A stretch of DNA of 59,106 nucleotides from an uncultured Eubacteriales bacterium. Its GTDB lineage: Bacteria; Bacillota; Clostridia; Oscillospirales; Oscillospiraceae. The DNA lies in the NCBI GenBank assembly GCA_900549865.1, contig URPU01000001.1:1-59106 (forward strand), read 5' to 3'. The stretch's first letter is position 1. Each line of letters begins with the position of its first letter. A model generated the notes under the pieces. The model did no database searches. It was not told where the DNA came from and saw only the letters and a program-made list of their open reading frames with translations. Shown one piece after another: positions 45,471 through 56,250 of the stretch. Both the position numbers and the translations under genes were made by a program.

Positions 45471-47573
45471 TCACACCGAAAACAGCAGCTCGGTAAATGT
45501 CGGGTACGGCCAGTACTTCGTCGCCGTGAGAAGCTCCAGCTTGTCAACAACGGCACGCACGGCCTCGGTTTTCTTTTCCACCTGATTATGATAGTAATCA
45601 AGCAGCTCCTCCGGCGTTGCGTTGGGGTTAACGGTCTCTATCGCGGTTTTCAGCTCGACGGTCTTTTCAAGAAGCTCATCATTGAGTATGCACAGCGCGT
45701 TTACAAGTGAGGTCTCGACCTGATGCGTCGCGCCGGGGATGGCGGAGTACTTCGACACGATGGTATTGCAGAGCTTGGCCTCATACTCGGAAACGGCGTT
45801 CATAATGCCATGCTGGACGATGTCCACAAGGGTCGCCGCCTCGATATGAATGACCTTGCAGTACTTTTCAATATGGATGTCATGGCGGGACATTATCTCC
45901 TCATGGGTATACACGCCCTGCCGGGTAAGAAGCTCGATATTCTTCGGCAGGATGTAAGACGGCAGCGCCTCCGCCGTGTTTTTGAAGTTTGCAAGCCCGC
46001 GGCGCTCCGCCTCGGCTATCCACGCCTTGTCATAGCCGTTGCCGCCGAAGATGATGCGCCTGTGCGCCGTGAACGCGTCGCGGATAAGCTCATGCAGGGT
46101 CTCATTGAAGTTCTCCGCCTTTTCAAGCTCATCCGAAAAACGGCTGAGCTCATCCGCCATTATTGCGTTGAGGACCGTGACCGGCCCGGCAATGGACTGG
46201 CTAGACCCGGCCATGCGGAATTCAAACTTGTTGCCCGTGAACGCGAGGGGCGACGTCCTGTTGCGGTCCGTCGTATCCTGCGGGATAGCCGGAAGCACAT
46301 CCACGCCGATGCGCAGCGTGCGGTGCTCAAGCTCGGAATAGCCGCACTCATCCACTATCGCGTCCACTATCCCTTCAAGCTCCGCGCCGAGGAAGATGGA
46401 CACTATTGCGGGCGGCGCTTCCTGCGCGCCGAGGCGGTGGTCGTTCCCGGCAAAGGCGACGGAACAGCGAAGAAGCTCCTGATATTCATCTGCCCCCTTG
46501 ACGAATGCGGCAAGAAACAGCAGAAACGCCGCGTTCTGGCTGGGCGTCTTGCCCGGCGAGAAGAGATTGACGCCGGTATTTGTGGACAGCGACCAGTTGA
46601 TATGCTTGCCGGAGCCGTTCACACCGGCAAAGGGCTTTTCATGCAGCAGACAGACCATGCCGTGCCGCTCGGCGACCTTCTTCATCGTCTCCATAACGAG
46701 CTGGTTCTGGTCGCTGGCGGTGTTCGCGTCGGTGAATATGGGGGCCATTTCATGCTGCGCCGGGGCGACTTCGTTATGCTTCGTCTTTGACAGCACGCCC
46801 AGCTTCCACAGCTCCTCGTCCAGATCCTTCATATACGCGGCGACGCGCGGCCGGATGACTCCGAAATAGTGATCGTCAAGCTCCTGCCCCTTGGGCGGCT
46901 TCGTGCCGAAAAGCGTCCTGCCGCAAAGGCGCAGATCCTCGCGCTTGTTGAACATCTCTTTGTCGATGAGGAAATACTCCTGCTCCGCGCCGACCTGCGG
47001 CGTGACGCGGTCAACATCGGTCTCGCCGAAAAGGTGCAGCACGCGCACGGCCTCACGGTTGACGGCCTCCATGGAGCGCAGCAGCGGCGCTTTCTTATCC
47101 AGCGCCGCCCCGCTGTAGGAGCAGAACACCGTCGGGATGCAGAGACTGCCATCCTTTATGAAGGCAAAGGCCGTCGGATCCCACGCGCTGTAGCCGCGCG
47201 CCTCAAACGTGGCGCGCAGACCGCCGGTGGGAAAGCTGGAGGCGTCCGGCTCACCGCAGACGAGCTCAGACCCGGAAAACTCCATGGTTATCCGGCCACC
47301 GGGCGCGTTCTTGATGAAGCTGTCGTGCTTCTCCGCGGTTATCCCGGTCATGGGCTGGAACCAGTGCGTAAAATGCGTGGCCCCGCGCTCCAGCGCCCAG
47401 GTCTTCATCGCGTCGGCGATATCGTTGGCCGCCGAAAGCGGAAGCGGCTGGCGGCTTTTCAGGCACTGACGCCACACCTGCATCGCAGGCGCGGGAACGT
47501 ACTGCTCCATCACATGCTCATTGAAAACCATCGAGCCGAACAGCTCCGGTATCCTGTTTATATTCTCACTCAT
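45471..47573 (-). CDS. glnN: Glutamine synthetase type III
   Basis: About 700 aa. MSENINRIPELFGSMVFNE..., THFTHWFQP, NGSGKHINWS. GGGAGGGG lies 8 nt upstream of the ATG at 47573. Confidence 0.9.
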   Translation of the reverse strand: MSENINRIPELFGSMVFNEHVMEQYVPAPAMQVWRQCLKSRQPLPLSAANDIADAMKTWALERGATHFTHWFQPMTGITAEKHDSFIKNAPGGRITMEFSGSELVCGEPDASSFPTGGLRATFEARGYSAWDPTAFAFIKDGSLCIPTVFCSYSGAALDKKAPLLRSMEAVNREAVRVLHLFGETDVDRVTPQVGAEQEYFLIDKEMFNKREDLRLCGRTLFGTKPPKGQELDDHYFGVIRPRVAAYMKDLDEELWKLGVLSKTKHNEVAPAQHEMAPIFTDANTASDQNQLVMETMKKVAERHGMVCLLHEKPFAGVNGSGKHINWSLSTNTGVNLFSPGKTPSQNAAFLLFLAAFVKGADEYQELLRCSVAFAGNDHRLGAQEAPPAIVSIFLGAELEGIVDAIVDECGYSELEHRTLRIGVDVLPAIPQDTTDRNRTSPLAFTGNKFEFRMAGSSQSIAGPVTVLNAIMADELSRFSDELEKAENFNETLHELIRDAFTAHRRIIFGGNGYDKAWIAEAERRGLANFKNTAEALPSYILPKNIELLTRQGVYTHEEIMSRHDIHIEKYCKVIHIEAATLVDIVQHGIMNAVSEYEAKLCNTIVSKYSAIPGATHQVETSLVNALCILNDELLEKTVELKTAIETVNPNATPEELLDYYHNQVEKKTEAVRAVVDKLELLTATKYWPYPTFTELLFSV

Positions 47574-47608
47574 CTTAAGCCCCTCCCAGTACAGCGAAAA
47601 AAGCAAAA

Positions 47609-48802
47609 TCAGTCAGTCGTGTAATTATCGAAATAGCCCTGAATGTAAACTATAGGCGTGCCCTTATCTCCGCTGCCGGAGGTCAGATCGCACAGTGAGC
47701 CGATAAGGTCCGTCAGGCGGCGCGGCGTGGTCCCCTCGGAGACCATCTTGCCGACAAGGCTGCCGTCCTTCTTCTTTATCTCGCCCTTTATCGCCTCGCG
47801 CAGCGCCTCGCCGGAAAGCGCGGAGAAGTCGTTGTCCGCAAGGTACTTGAGCTTCAGCTCGTTCGGCGTGCCCTCAAGGCCGCTTGTATACGCGGGCGAG
47901 ACCACAGGGTCTGCAAGCTCCCATATCTTGCCCACGGGGTCTTTGAAAGCGCCGTCGCCGTAGACCATGACTTCAACATGCTTCCCCGTGAGGGAGAGCA
48001 TCTTTGCCTGGATGTCCTCAACAAGTGCCTGACAGTCGCGCGGGAAAAGCTTCACGGTGGCTTCCGTCGCCTTATTTGTGCCAAGCAGGCCGTAGCGTGC
48101 GTTATAGCCGCTGCCGTTCACGGGCGCGGTGAGGATATCGTCCAGCCCGCACACACGCGCCGCCCCCGCGGCCTTAAGGATGCGCTTTGTGCGGGAACGC
48201 GTGTGAATATCACAGCAGAGGACGTTTTTCGTGTACTTGAGTATCTCGCGGGCGTCGTTGGCAAAGATTATCTCCGCCTCGGCTCCGCTTTCCTTTATGA
48301 TGTCGGAGTAATACTGCACATAGTCCACGCCGGTGAAGGGGTGCACAGTATATCCGAACAGCTCTCTGTATTTTTCAAGCGTGAGAACGTCCTTGTACGG
48401 GTCTATCCCCTTCTCGTCCAGCGCGTCGATATCCACAAGATGATTGCCGACCTCGTCAGACGGATAGGACAGCATGAGCACGACCTTTTTCGCGCCGCCT
48501 GCGATGCCGCGCAGGCAGATGGCGAAGCGGTTGCGGCTGAGTATCGGGAATATGACGCCGATAGTCTCCCCGCCAAGCTTTTCGCGCACGTCCGCCGCGA
48601 TATCGGAAACAGCCGCGTAGTTCCCCTGCGCGCGGGCAACTATGGCCTCCGTCATGGCAATTATATCGCGGTCACGCACTTCAAGCTCGCCGTTTTCAAC
48701 GGCCTGCATAACGCTGCCGCAGACTATTTCACTGAGATCGTCGCCGCTGCGTATGATAGGCGCGCGCAGCCCGCGGGAAACTGTGCCGACCATTCTTCCC
48801 AT
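47609..48802 (-). CDS. CofE-like (F420-0:gamma-glutamyl ligase fold) protein, divergent, with a large insertion
   Basis: PIIRSGDDLSEIV, DIIAMTEAIVARAQGN and GSGDKGTPIVYIQG align by eye with CofE blocks. The CofE DASN and DTNGR metal-site blocks are not conserved. Confidence 0.5.
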   Translation of the reverse strand: MGRMVGTVSRGLRAPIIRSGDDLSEIVCGSVMQAVENGELEVRDRDIIAMTEAIVARAQGNYAAVSDIAADVREKLGGETIGVIFPILSRNRFAICLRGIAGGAKKVVLMLSYPSDEVGNHLVDIDALDEKGIDPYKDVLTLEKYRELFGYTVHPFTGVDYVQYYSDIIKESGAEAEIIFANDAREILKYTKNVLCCDIHTRSRTKRILKAAGAARVCGLDDILTAPVNGSGYNARYGLLGTNKATEATVKLFPRDCQALVEDIQAKMLSLTGKHVEVMVYGDGAFKDPVGKIWELADPVVSPAYTSGLEGTPNELKLKYLADNDFSALSGEALREAIKGEIKKKDGSLVGKMVSEGTTPRRLTDLIGSLCDLTSGSGDKGTPIVYIQGYFDNYTTD

Positions 48803-48852
48803 AGCAATAATTCTCCTCTATAATTCAAAAGTGTGAAAAAACAACGGTAGAA

Positions 48853-48881
48853 AGTATACTATAATTCGCGCGGCTTGTAAA
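48853..48881 (-). promoter_or_regulatory. Sigma-A-type promoter for the cofE-like/glnN pair
   Basis: Minus strand TTTACA-17 nt-TATACT. Confidence 0.45.
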
Positions 48882-48918
48882 TAAATTTTTACGCCCGCTT
48901 TACACCGCTGAGCGCAGC

Positions 48919-48957
48919 GAAAACGCCTCCCGCGCGGTATCATCGCGCAGGAGGCGT
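48919..48957 (-). terminator. Rho-independent terminator after the ABC operon
   Basis: Minus strand ACGCCTCCTGCGCG-atgatac-CGCGCGGGAGGCGT followed by TTTTCG. Confidence 0.6.
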
Positions 48958-48974
48958 AAGTTTCTGTCTGTTAT

Positions 48975-49763
48975 TCAAGTGGAAAGAAGCATTCTGTCGT
49001 TGTCCAGCTCCTTGCCAACGCCGGCCTTGAAGCTTTCAAGCAGGTCCTGTATGGTCAGGCCCTTGCGCTTTTCGCCGCTGACGTCCTGAATGATGCGGCC
49101 CTTGTCCATCATCAGCGTTCTGTTGCCAAGCTCAAGCGCGGACTGCATATTGTGCGTTATCATAAGGCAGGTCAGCTTGTTCTCTGCGACGATCTTCTGC
49201 GTCAGCGCCAGCACCTTCTCCGCGGTGCCGGGGTCGAGCGCGGCGGTGTGCTCATCCAGCAGAAGGAGCTTCGGCGGCACGATGGTCGCCATCATCAGCG
49301 TGAGCGCCTGACGCTGTCCGCCGGACAGCAGCCCGACGGGCTGACGCAGTCTGTCCTCCAGCCCCATGCCGAGGAGCGAGAGCTTTTCGCGGAATATCTC
49401 CCTGTCCTGCTTCGATATCTGCGCGAACCACCCGCCGTGCCCCGCGGCAAGGGCGAGGTTTTCTTCAATGGTCATGCCGGGCGCACTGCCGGACATGGGG
49501 TCCTGAAACAGGCGGCCGATATTCTTGGCCCTGCGGTATTCCGGCAGGAAGGTGATGTCCTCTCCGCCAAGTTCAATGGTGCCGCTGTCAGTGAAGAAGC
49601 TGCCGCCGATGGCATTGAACAGCGTAGATTTGCCCGCGCCGTTCGCCCCGATTATCGTCACGAAATCACCGGCGTCAAGGTGGAGCGAAAGATCCTCCAG
49701 CGCCTTTTTCTCGTTGACTGTGCCGGGGTTAAAGGTCTTGGATATATGAGACAAGGTCAGCAT
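48975..49763 (-). CDS. ABC transporter ATP-binding protein (COG1101-type)
   Basis: MLTLSHISKTFNPGTVNEKKAL, GANGAGKST, LSGGQRQALTL, LLLDEHTAALD. True start overlaps the permease stop (TGATG). The ORF-track start at 50129 is an artefactual extension. Confidence 0.9.
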   Translation of the reverse strand: MLTLSHISKTFNPGTVNEKKALEDLSLHLDAGDFVTIIGANGAGKSTLFNAIGGSFFTDSGTIELGGEDITFLPEYRRAKNIGRLFQDPMSGSAPGMTIEENLALAAGHGGWFAQISKQDREIFREKLSLLGMGLEDRLRQPVGLLSGGQRQALTLMMATIVPPKLLLLDEHTAALDPGTAEKVLALTQKIVAENKLTCLMITHNMQSALELGNRTLMMDKGRIIQDVSGEKRKGLTIQDLLESFKAGVGKELDNDRMLLST

Positions 49764-50707
49764 CAGCAGCTTCCCCCTTTCCCGCGCGCCGCGGCCGCGC
49801 TGCGCATACGGCGGCGCAGCATTGGCGCCTGCTGCTTGAGATACGGCACAGATATCGCCAGCACGACTATCACCGACGAAACGAGCTTGAGCATGAAAGC
49901 CGGCATGTTGAGCCGAAGCGCTATCGTGTATATGATCCTGAATATCAGCGCGCCAAGCACCACACCGACAGCCCGGCGGAAAACGCCGCCGCGCCCCATC
50001 ACCGTGCCGCCTATCAGCAGCGACGCCAGCGCGATAGTCACCATGCCGGTTCCGAGGTTTATGTCCACAGCCTTCTGCGCCTGCGCCATAAGGCAGCCGG
50101 AAAGCGCCGTGAACGCGTTCGCCACGCAAAGCCCGACGGTGGTCGTGAACGCGGGGTTTATCGAGGACGAGCGAACCATTATCGGGTTATTCCCCGTGGC
50201 GCGGATGGCAAGGCCGAGGCGCGTGCGCAGGAAGAGCGCGAGGATGACCAGCGCCGCGGCGACGGCAGCGGCAGAGACGACGAGCTTATAGAGGCCGCTG
50301 AACGCGGTCCCGGCAAGCGCCGCCTTGGTTATGGTGAACACCGTCTCCGCCTTGTTGAGATTCAGCAGCGACGAGCCGCCCATAACGGCAATGTTGATGG
50401 AATAAAGCGCGGTGTTAACGATGATGCCGGCAAGCAGGCTGTTTACGCCCATTCTTGTTTGCAGCACAGCCACGACGAAGCCGGAGCATATCCCGGCGGC
50501 CATGGCCGCCCCCAGCGAGAGCCAGGGGTGACCGGCCAGGGCCACAACAGCGCCGACGGCAGCGCCCAGCGTGAAGCAGCCGTCCGTGGACATGTCGCAG
50601 ACATTCAGCATGGAGTAGCTCAAAAACAGCGCCAGCACGGTCAACGAGCAGGTCAGTCCAAGCTCTGCCGCTGTTTGCCCAAGGGAAAGGATAGTGGACA
50701 GATCCAT
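49763..50707 (-). CDS. ABC transporter permease (COG4120-type)
   Basis: 314 aa, multi-TM. Lies between the binding-protein and ATPase genes. Confidence 0.85.
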   Translation of the reverse strand: MDLSTILSLGQTAAELGLTCSLTVLALFLSYSMLNVCDMSTDGCFTLGAAVGAVVALAGHPWLSLGAAMAAGICSGFVVAVLQTRMGVNSLLAGIIVNTALYSINIAVMGGSSLLNLNKAETVFTITKAALAGTAFSGLYKLVVSAAAVAAALVILALFLRTRLGLAIRATGNNPIMVRSSSINPAFTTTVGLCVANAFTALSGCLMAQAQKAVDINLGTGMVTIALASLLIGGTVMGRGGVFRRAVGVVLGALIFRIIYTIALRLNMPAFMLKLVSSVIVVLAISVPYLKQQAPMLRRRMRSAAAARGKGGSC

Positions 50708-50738
50708 TTTATATGCCTCTTAGTTTGTAATATCTGTA

Positions 50739-51842
50739 TCAGCCGTTGAGGTCGCCGAAGCTCTCCGCCGTGGTTATCTCCTGCACGCGGGTGCACAGCG
50801 GGGCAAAGACCGTCTCGACCTCTGCAAAGTCGTAGCCGAGGGCGGCGCAGGTGTCGGTGTTCACGGTGGCGGTGCCGTTGTCAAAGGTCATAACGGGCGT
50901 GGATGCGGGGGATGCGCCGTCCAGCAGCATCTGCGCGATCATGTTCGCGGTCTCAACGCCGAGGTTTGCGTAATCAACGCCGTAGCCGAGGAACGCGCCG
51001 TTGAGGGCGAAGGAGTCAGCGCCGGTGTACTGGGGGATGCCGGCCTCGATGAAGGTCTCGTAAATTGCAAGCTCTGCGGTCATTATGGTGTTGTCGGTCG
51101 GGGTGAACACGGCGTCAACGCCGTCAGAAACGAGTGCCTGTGCGGCGAGCATGACCTCGTCAGTGGTGGTTCCGGTGCGTTCAACATACTTCACGCCGCG
51201 CTCGTCGAGGAAGGCCTTTGCTTCCGCGATGGCGGATGCGGAGGAATCCTGACCCTGATCGTAGAGAAGTCCGATGCAGTCCGCGTCCGGATCAAGGGCG
51301 AAGATGAGGTTCATTATTGCGGCGGTGTCAAGGTAGTCGGAGGTGCCGGTCACGTTTGCGCCGGGGGCCTCAAGGGATTCGACAAGGCCGGTGCCAACAG
51401 GGTCGGACACGGCAGAGAACACGACGGGCGTGCCGCTGTCCTCGGTCGCGGTCTGCATACGCATTGCAACGGGCGTCGCAACGCCGACCATGACGTCAAC
51501 GTTGTCAGCGAGGAAACCGGCAATGATCTGCTCCATAACGCTTGCATCGGCATTGCAGTTATCATAAAGCACGTTGAAGGTGACGCCCTTCTCCTCGCCT
51601 ATCTCGGCAAGGCGGGACTGGATATTCTCAACTATCTGGTTGAGAGAGGCGTCGTCCACATAGTTGCACAGGCCGACGGTGAACTCTGTCTTTTCACCGG
51701 CGGTGTCTGCCGCGGCTTCCGCCGCGGGTGCTGCCGTTGCCGCGGCCGGGGTTTCGGCCGTGCTGCCGCAGGCGGCAAGCGCAAGGCACATTATAACGGC
51801 GAGAACGCCGGCCAGAAGCTTACGGATGTTGTTGTTTTTCAT
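50739..51842 (-). CDS. ABC transporter substrate-binding lipoprotein (COG2984-type; predicted aromatic/Trp uptake)
   Basis: MKNNNIRKLLAGVLAVIMCLALAACGS lipobox. GGAGG lies 8 nt upstream of the ATG at 51842. The upstream in-frame extension to 52043 runs through the T-box leader. Confidence 0.85.
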   Translation of the reverse strand: MKNNNIRKLLAGVLAVIMCLALAACGSTAETPAAATAAPAAEAAADTAGEKTEFTVGLCNYVDDASLNQIVENIQSRLAEIGEEKGVTFNVLYDNCNADASVMEQIIAGFLADNVDVMVGVATPVAMRMQTATEDSGTPVVFSAVSDPVGTGLVESLEAPGANVTGTSDYLDTAAIMNLIFALDPDADCIGLLYDQGQDSSASAIAEAKAFLDERGVKYVERTGTTTDEVMLAAQALVSDGVDAVFTPTDNTIMTAELAIYETFIEAGIPQYTGADSFALNGAFLGYGVDYANLGVETANMIAQMLLDGASPASTPVMTFDNGTATVNTDTCAALGYDFAEVETVFAPLCTRVQEITTAESFGDLNG

Positions 51843-51940
51843 GAGATTTTCCTCCATTATTCGGCCTGTCGGCCTTTGTTTATATTCTGGGCGGAGATGG
51901 AGGGGCCGCTGCCGACGGCCTTGATTTGGAGCGCGGCAAT

Positions 51941-52232
51941 AAAAAAACAGCCCCCTGTCCCCTACATGGGACAAGAGCTGCACACTCCTGCGATACCACC
52001 CAAATTGGTGCATAAGCACCCTCTCGCTTACGCGTACCATCATACGCGCCCCAAAAAGATAACGGTCCGGGTATCCGTCGGCATCTACTGAGGCTTGCGC
52101 CCGTTCAAACCGCCCTCAGAAGTCCATTCAGCCCGCGCCATACGGCCGTGATCGCACCACCCACAGCTCTCTGCACACTGGTTATGCAAGCCTACTACTC
52201 TTCTTCACAGGTTTATCGCTTATCAAATTATG
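51941..52232 (-). promoter_or_regulatory. T-box riboswitch leader, specifier UGG (Trp)
   Basis: Minus strand GAAGAAGAGUA (K-turn/S-turn), AGAGAG box, distal GGUGGUGCGA, specifier GAA-UGG-A-CUUC (UGG at 52126..52124), T-box AAUUUGGGUGGUAUCGCAGGAG, terminator CAGCUCUUGUCCC...GGGACAGGGGGCUG plus U7. Confidence 0.85.
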
Positions 52233-52237
52233 GGCTG

Positions 52238-52266
52238 ATTATAGTCTCATACTGCGCAGGTGTCAA
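52238..52266 (-). promoter_or_regulatory. Consensus sigma-A promoter driving the T-box leader
   Basis: Minus strand TTGACA-17 nt-TATAAT. Confidence 0.7.
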
Positions 52267-52424
52267 GCCGCATTTTTCTCCAAATTATGACCGCGGCGGC
52301 ATTGAAAATTTTGTGCAAAAACATGCAGCAGTTTAAATGGGCAAAGCCGCGCGTTAACCCACACGCACACAGCCGCATAATATGGACCGAGAGTTTTTCT
52401 CATTCACTTCTGGGAGGAATCACC

Positions 52425-52868
52425 TTGGTCAAAAACAAATCCGACAGTGCTTACAGATTCGGGTCATTGCCGGAAAACGCGCCGCTCGCCGCGGCATACG
52501 TGCCGATGCAGCGTTCGGCAAGCCCCGCGTATGAGTCCAACGAGGCTCTTTCGCGCGGAACTCTGTTCCCCGGCCTTGATCTGCCGTTTATGAATATAGT
52601 CAACAACAGCGTCGCCGTCACGCCCGCGACGGAATTGCAGGCCGTATGCTTCGTCGCGCATGAGCTTGCGCTGTATCTGGATACGCATAGAGACGACGCT
52701 GAGGCGTTTGCGATGTATCAGACCTTCCTTGCGCTCAAGCAGGAGGCGCATGAGCGCTACGTAAAGCTGTACGGCCCGGTCACTCACAGCGACATGCTGT
52801 GCATGGAAGCCTACACATGGCCCGACGACCCGTGGCCATGGGACTATAAGAGAAAAGCGGAGGGCTGA
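52425..52868 (+). CDS. cotJA/cotJB: Fused CotJA-CotJB spore-coat-associated protein
   Basis: N-terminal CotJA motif LAAAYVPMQ...ALSRGTLFPGLDLPF. C-terminal CotJB motif ELALYLDTHRDD...YGP...PWPWDY. No stop between them. TTG start at 52425 has GGAGG 7 nt upstream. Confidence 0.65.
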   Translation: MVKNKSDSAYRFGSLPENAPLAAAYVPMQRSASPAYESNEALSRGTLFPGLDLPFMNIVNNSVAVTPATELQAVCFVAHELALYLDTHRDDAEAFAMYQTFLALKQEAHERYVKLYGPVTHSDMLCMEAYTWPDDPWPWDYKRKAEG

Positions 52869-52871
52869 GAT

Positions 52872-53465
52872 ATGTTCATATATGAAAAGAAATTGCAGTA
52901 TCCTGTGAGGATAAAAAACACGAACCCCGCGCTTGCGAAGTTCATCATTTCGCAGTACGGCGGGCCTGACGGAGAGCTTGGCGCGTCTCTGCGCTACCTC
53001 AGCCAGCGCTACTCCATGCCGTACCCCGAGCTTAAAGGGCTTCTGACCGATATCGGCACGGAAGAACTTGGTCACCTTGAGATGATAGGCGCGATAGTGC
53101 ACCAGCTTACAAGAGACATGACGCCCGAGCAGATAAAGAAGGCCGGCTTTGACGCGTACTTCGTTGACCACACCGCCGGCGTATATCCGACAGCCGCCTC
53201 CGGCGCGCCGTGGAACGCCGCAAGCATGGCTGTGAAGGGCGACGTAATTGCGGATCTGAACGAGGATCTTGCAGCAGAACAAAAGGCGCGCGTCACCTAT
53301 GACAACATCCTCCGTCTGAGCGACGACCCGGATGTGAACGACGTCATCCGCTTCCTGCGCGAAAGAGAGATAGTCCACTATCAACGCTTCGGCGAGGGGC
53401 TGAGGCTTGCAATGGATAAGCTTGACCAGCGGAATATATACGCCGTGAACCCGGCGTTCGACTGA
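52872..53465 (+). CDS. cotJC: CotJC manganese-catalase-family spore coat protein
   Basis: MFIYEKKLQYPVRIKNTNPALAKFIISQYGGPDGELGASLRYLSQRY, EELGHLEMI. Confidence 0.9.
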   Translation: MFIYEKKLQYPVRIKNTNPALAKFIISQYGGPDGELGASLRYLSQRYSMPYPELKGLLTDIGTEELGHLEMIGAIVHQLTRDMTPEQIKKAGFDAYFVDHTAGVYPTAASGAPWNAASMAVKGDVIADLNEDLAAEQKARVTYDNILRLSDDPDVNDVIRFLREREIVHYQRFGEGLRLAMDKLDQRNIYAVNPAFD

Positions 53466-53475
53466 CGAAGGAAGA

Positions 53476-53512
53476 AAACGGCCGCCGGGCGTATTGCTTC
53501 CGGCGGCCGTTT
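53476..53512. terminator. Bidirectional terminator between cotJC and ligA
   Basis: AAACGGCCGCCGG-gcgtattgctt-CCGGCGGCCGTTT. Confidence 0.8.
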
Positions 53513-53538
53513 CGCGGCTTATTGTATCATTGTTTTAA

Positions 53539-55521
<1,983 letters not shown>

Positions 55522-56217
55522 TTACCTTTCGTTTTGCTGCATGTTCAGATAAGTGTCCGGCACCTTGCCGACAATGACCGTGTCGGCGATGAGGACGTCG
55601 GTGCTCACCTGCGTGTTTTCCGTTCCCCATGGCACGAGTATTTCCATATCCACCGTCACGCGCAGGCTTACCTGATGCTTCGTCTGGTTTATCCCGGCCG
55701 TGACAATGCCGTTGCTGAACTCAACGCGCGAGGAGGAAAGCACCACTATACGCACTGGAATGCGCGGGCCGCGGCCCATCAGAAGGCTTGCGCCGGTCAG
55801 ATTCCCGCTGGGGATCTCTATTGTTATTGTATTATCCTGCGTCGAACCGACGACCTTATCCAGAATTTTTGAGGAAAGCTCGTTTATCCGCGCCATATTG
55901 CTGCTTATCGCGGTCACTTCCCCGCTTTCGGACTTCTGGAACGTGACGAATTGCTCCCCGTCATAGTCGCCCTCGCCAAGCGTTTCAATGATCGCGTCGT
56001 TTATTTTGGCGGTCACGACGTCTCGCGCGTCCGCAGATGCGATCTGAGACGACATGCCCTTGAGATATATGGACGTGCTGACTATCGCAAGCACGAGTAT
56101 CGCCGCGGCGGCGATGAGCACGAACCGCAGTGAGCCACCGCCGCCGGTGTGCCCGCTGCCGTCAGATTCGGCGTATGTATAGCGCGGCCTGCGCCGGAAT
56201 ATCGGTCTTGAATGCAT
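55522..56217 (-). CDS. yunB: Sporulation protein YunB
   Basis: N-terminal TM helix, IEIPSGNLTGASLLMGRGPRIPV, AGINQTKHQ, VIVGKVPDTY. GGGAGGTGG lies upstream of the ATG at 56217. Confidence 0.7.
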   Translation of the reverse strand: MHSRPIFRRRPRYTYAESDGSGHTGGGGSLRFVLIAAAAILVLAIVSTSIYLKGMSSQIASADARDVVTAKINDAIIETLGEGDYDGEQFVTFQKSESGEVTAISSNMARINELSSKILDKVVGSTQDNTITIEIPSGNLTGASLLMGRGPRIPVRIVVLSSSRVEFSNGIVTAGINQTKHQVSLRVTVDMEILVPWGTENTQVSTDVLIADTVIVGKVPDTYLNMQQNER

Positions 56218-56250
56218 GGAGCCACCTCCCATGCATCCAATATATGCGGC

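Noticed and set aside
52267-52424. Sigma-E or sigma-K promoter for the cotJ operon (CATAATAT at about 52375).
   Set aside because: The -10-like element has no acceptable -35 (ATATT or AC) at the correct spacing, so no promoter call was made.
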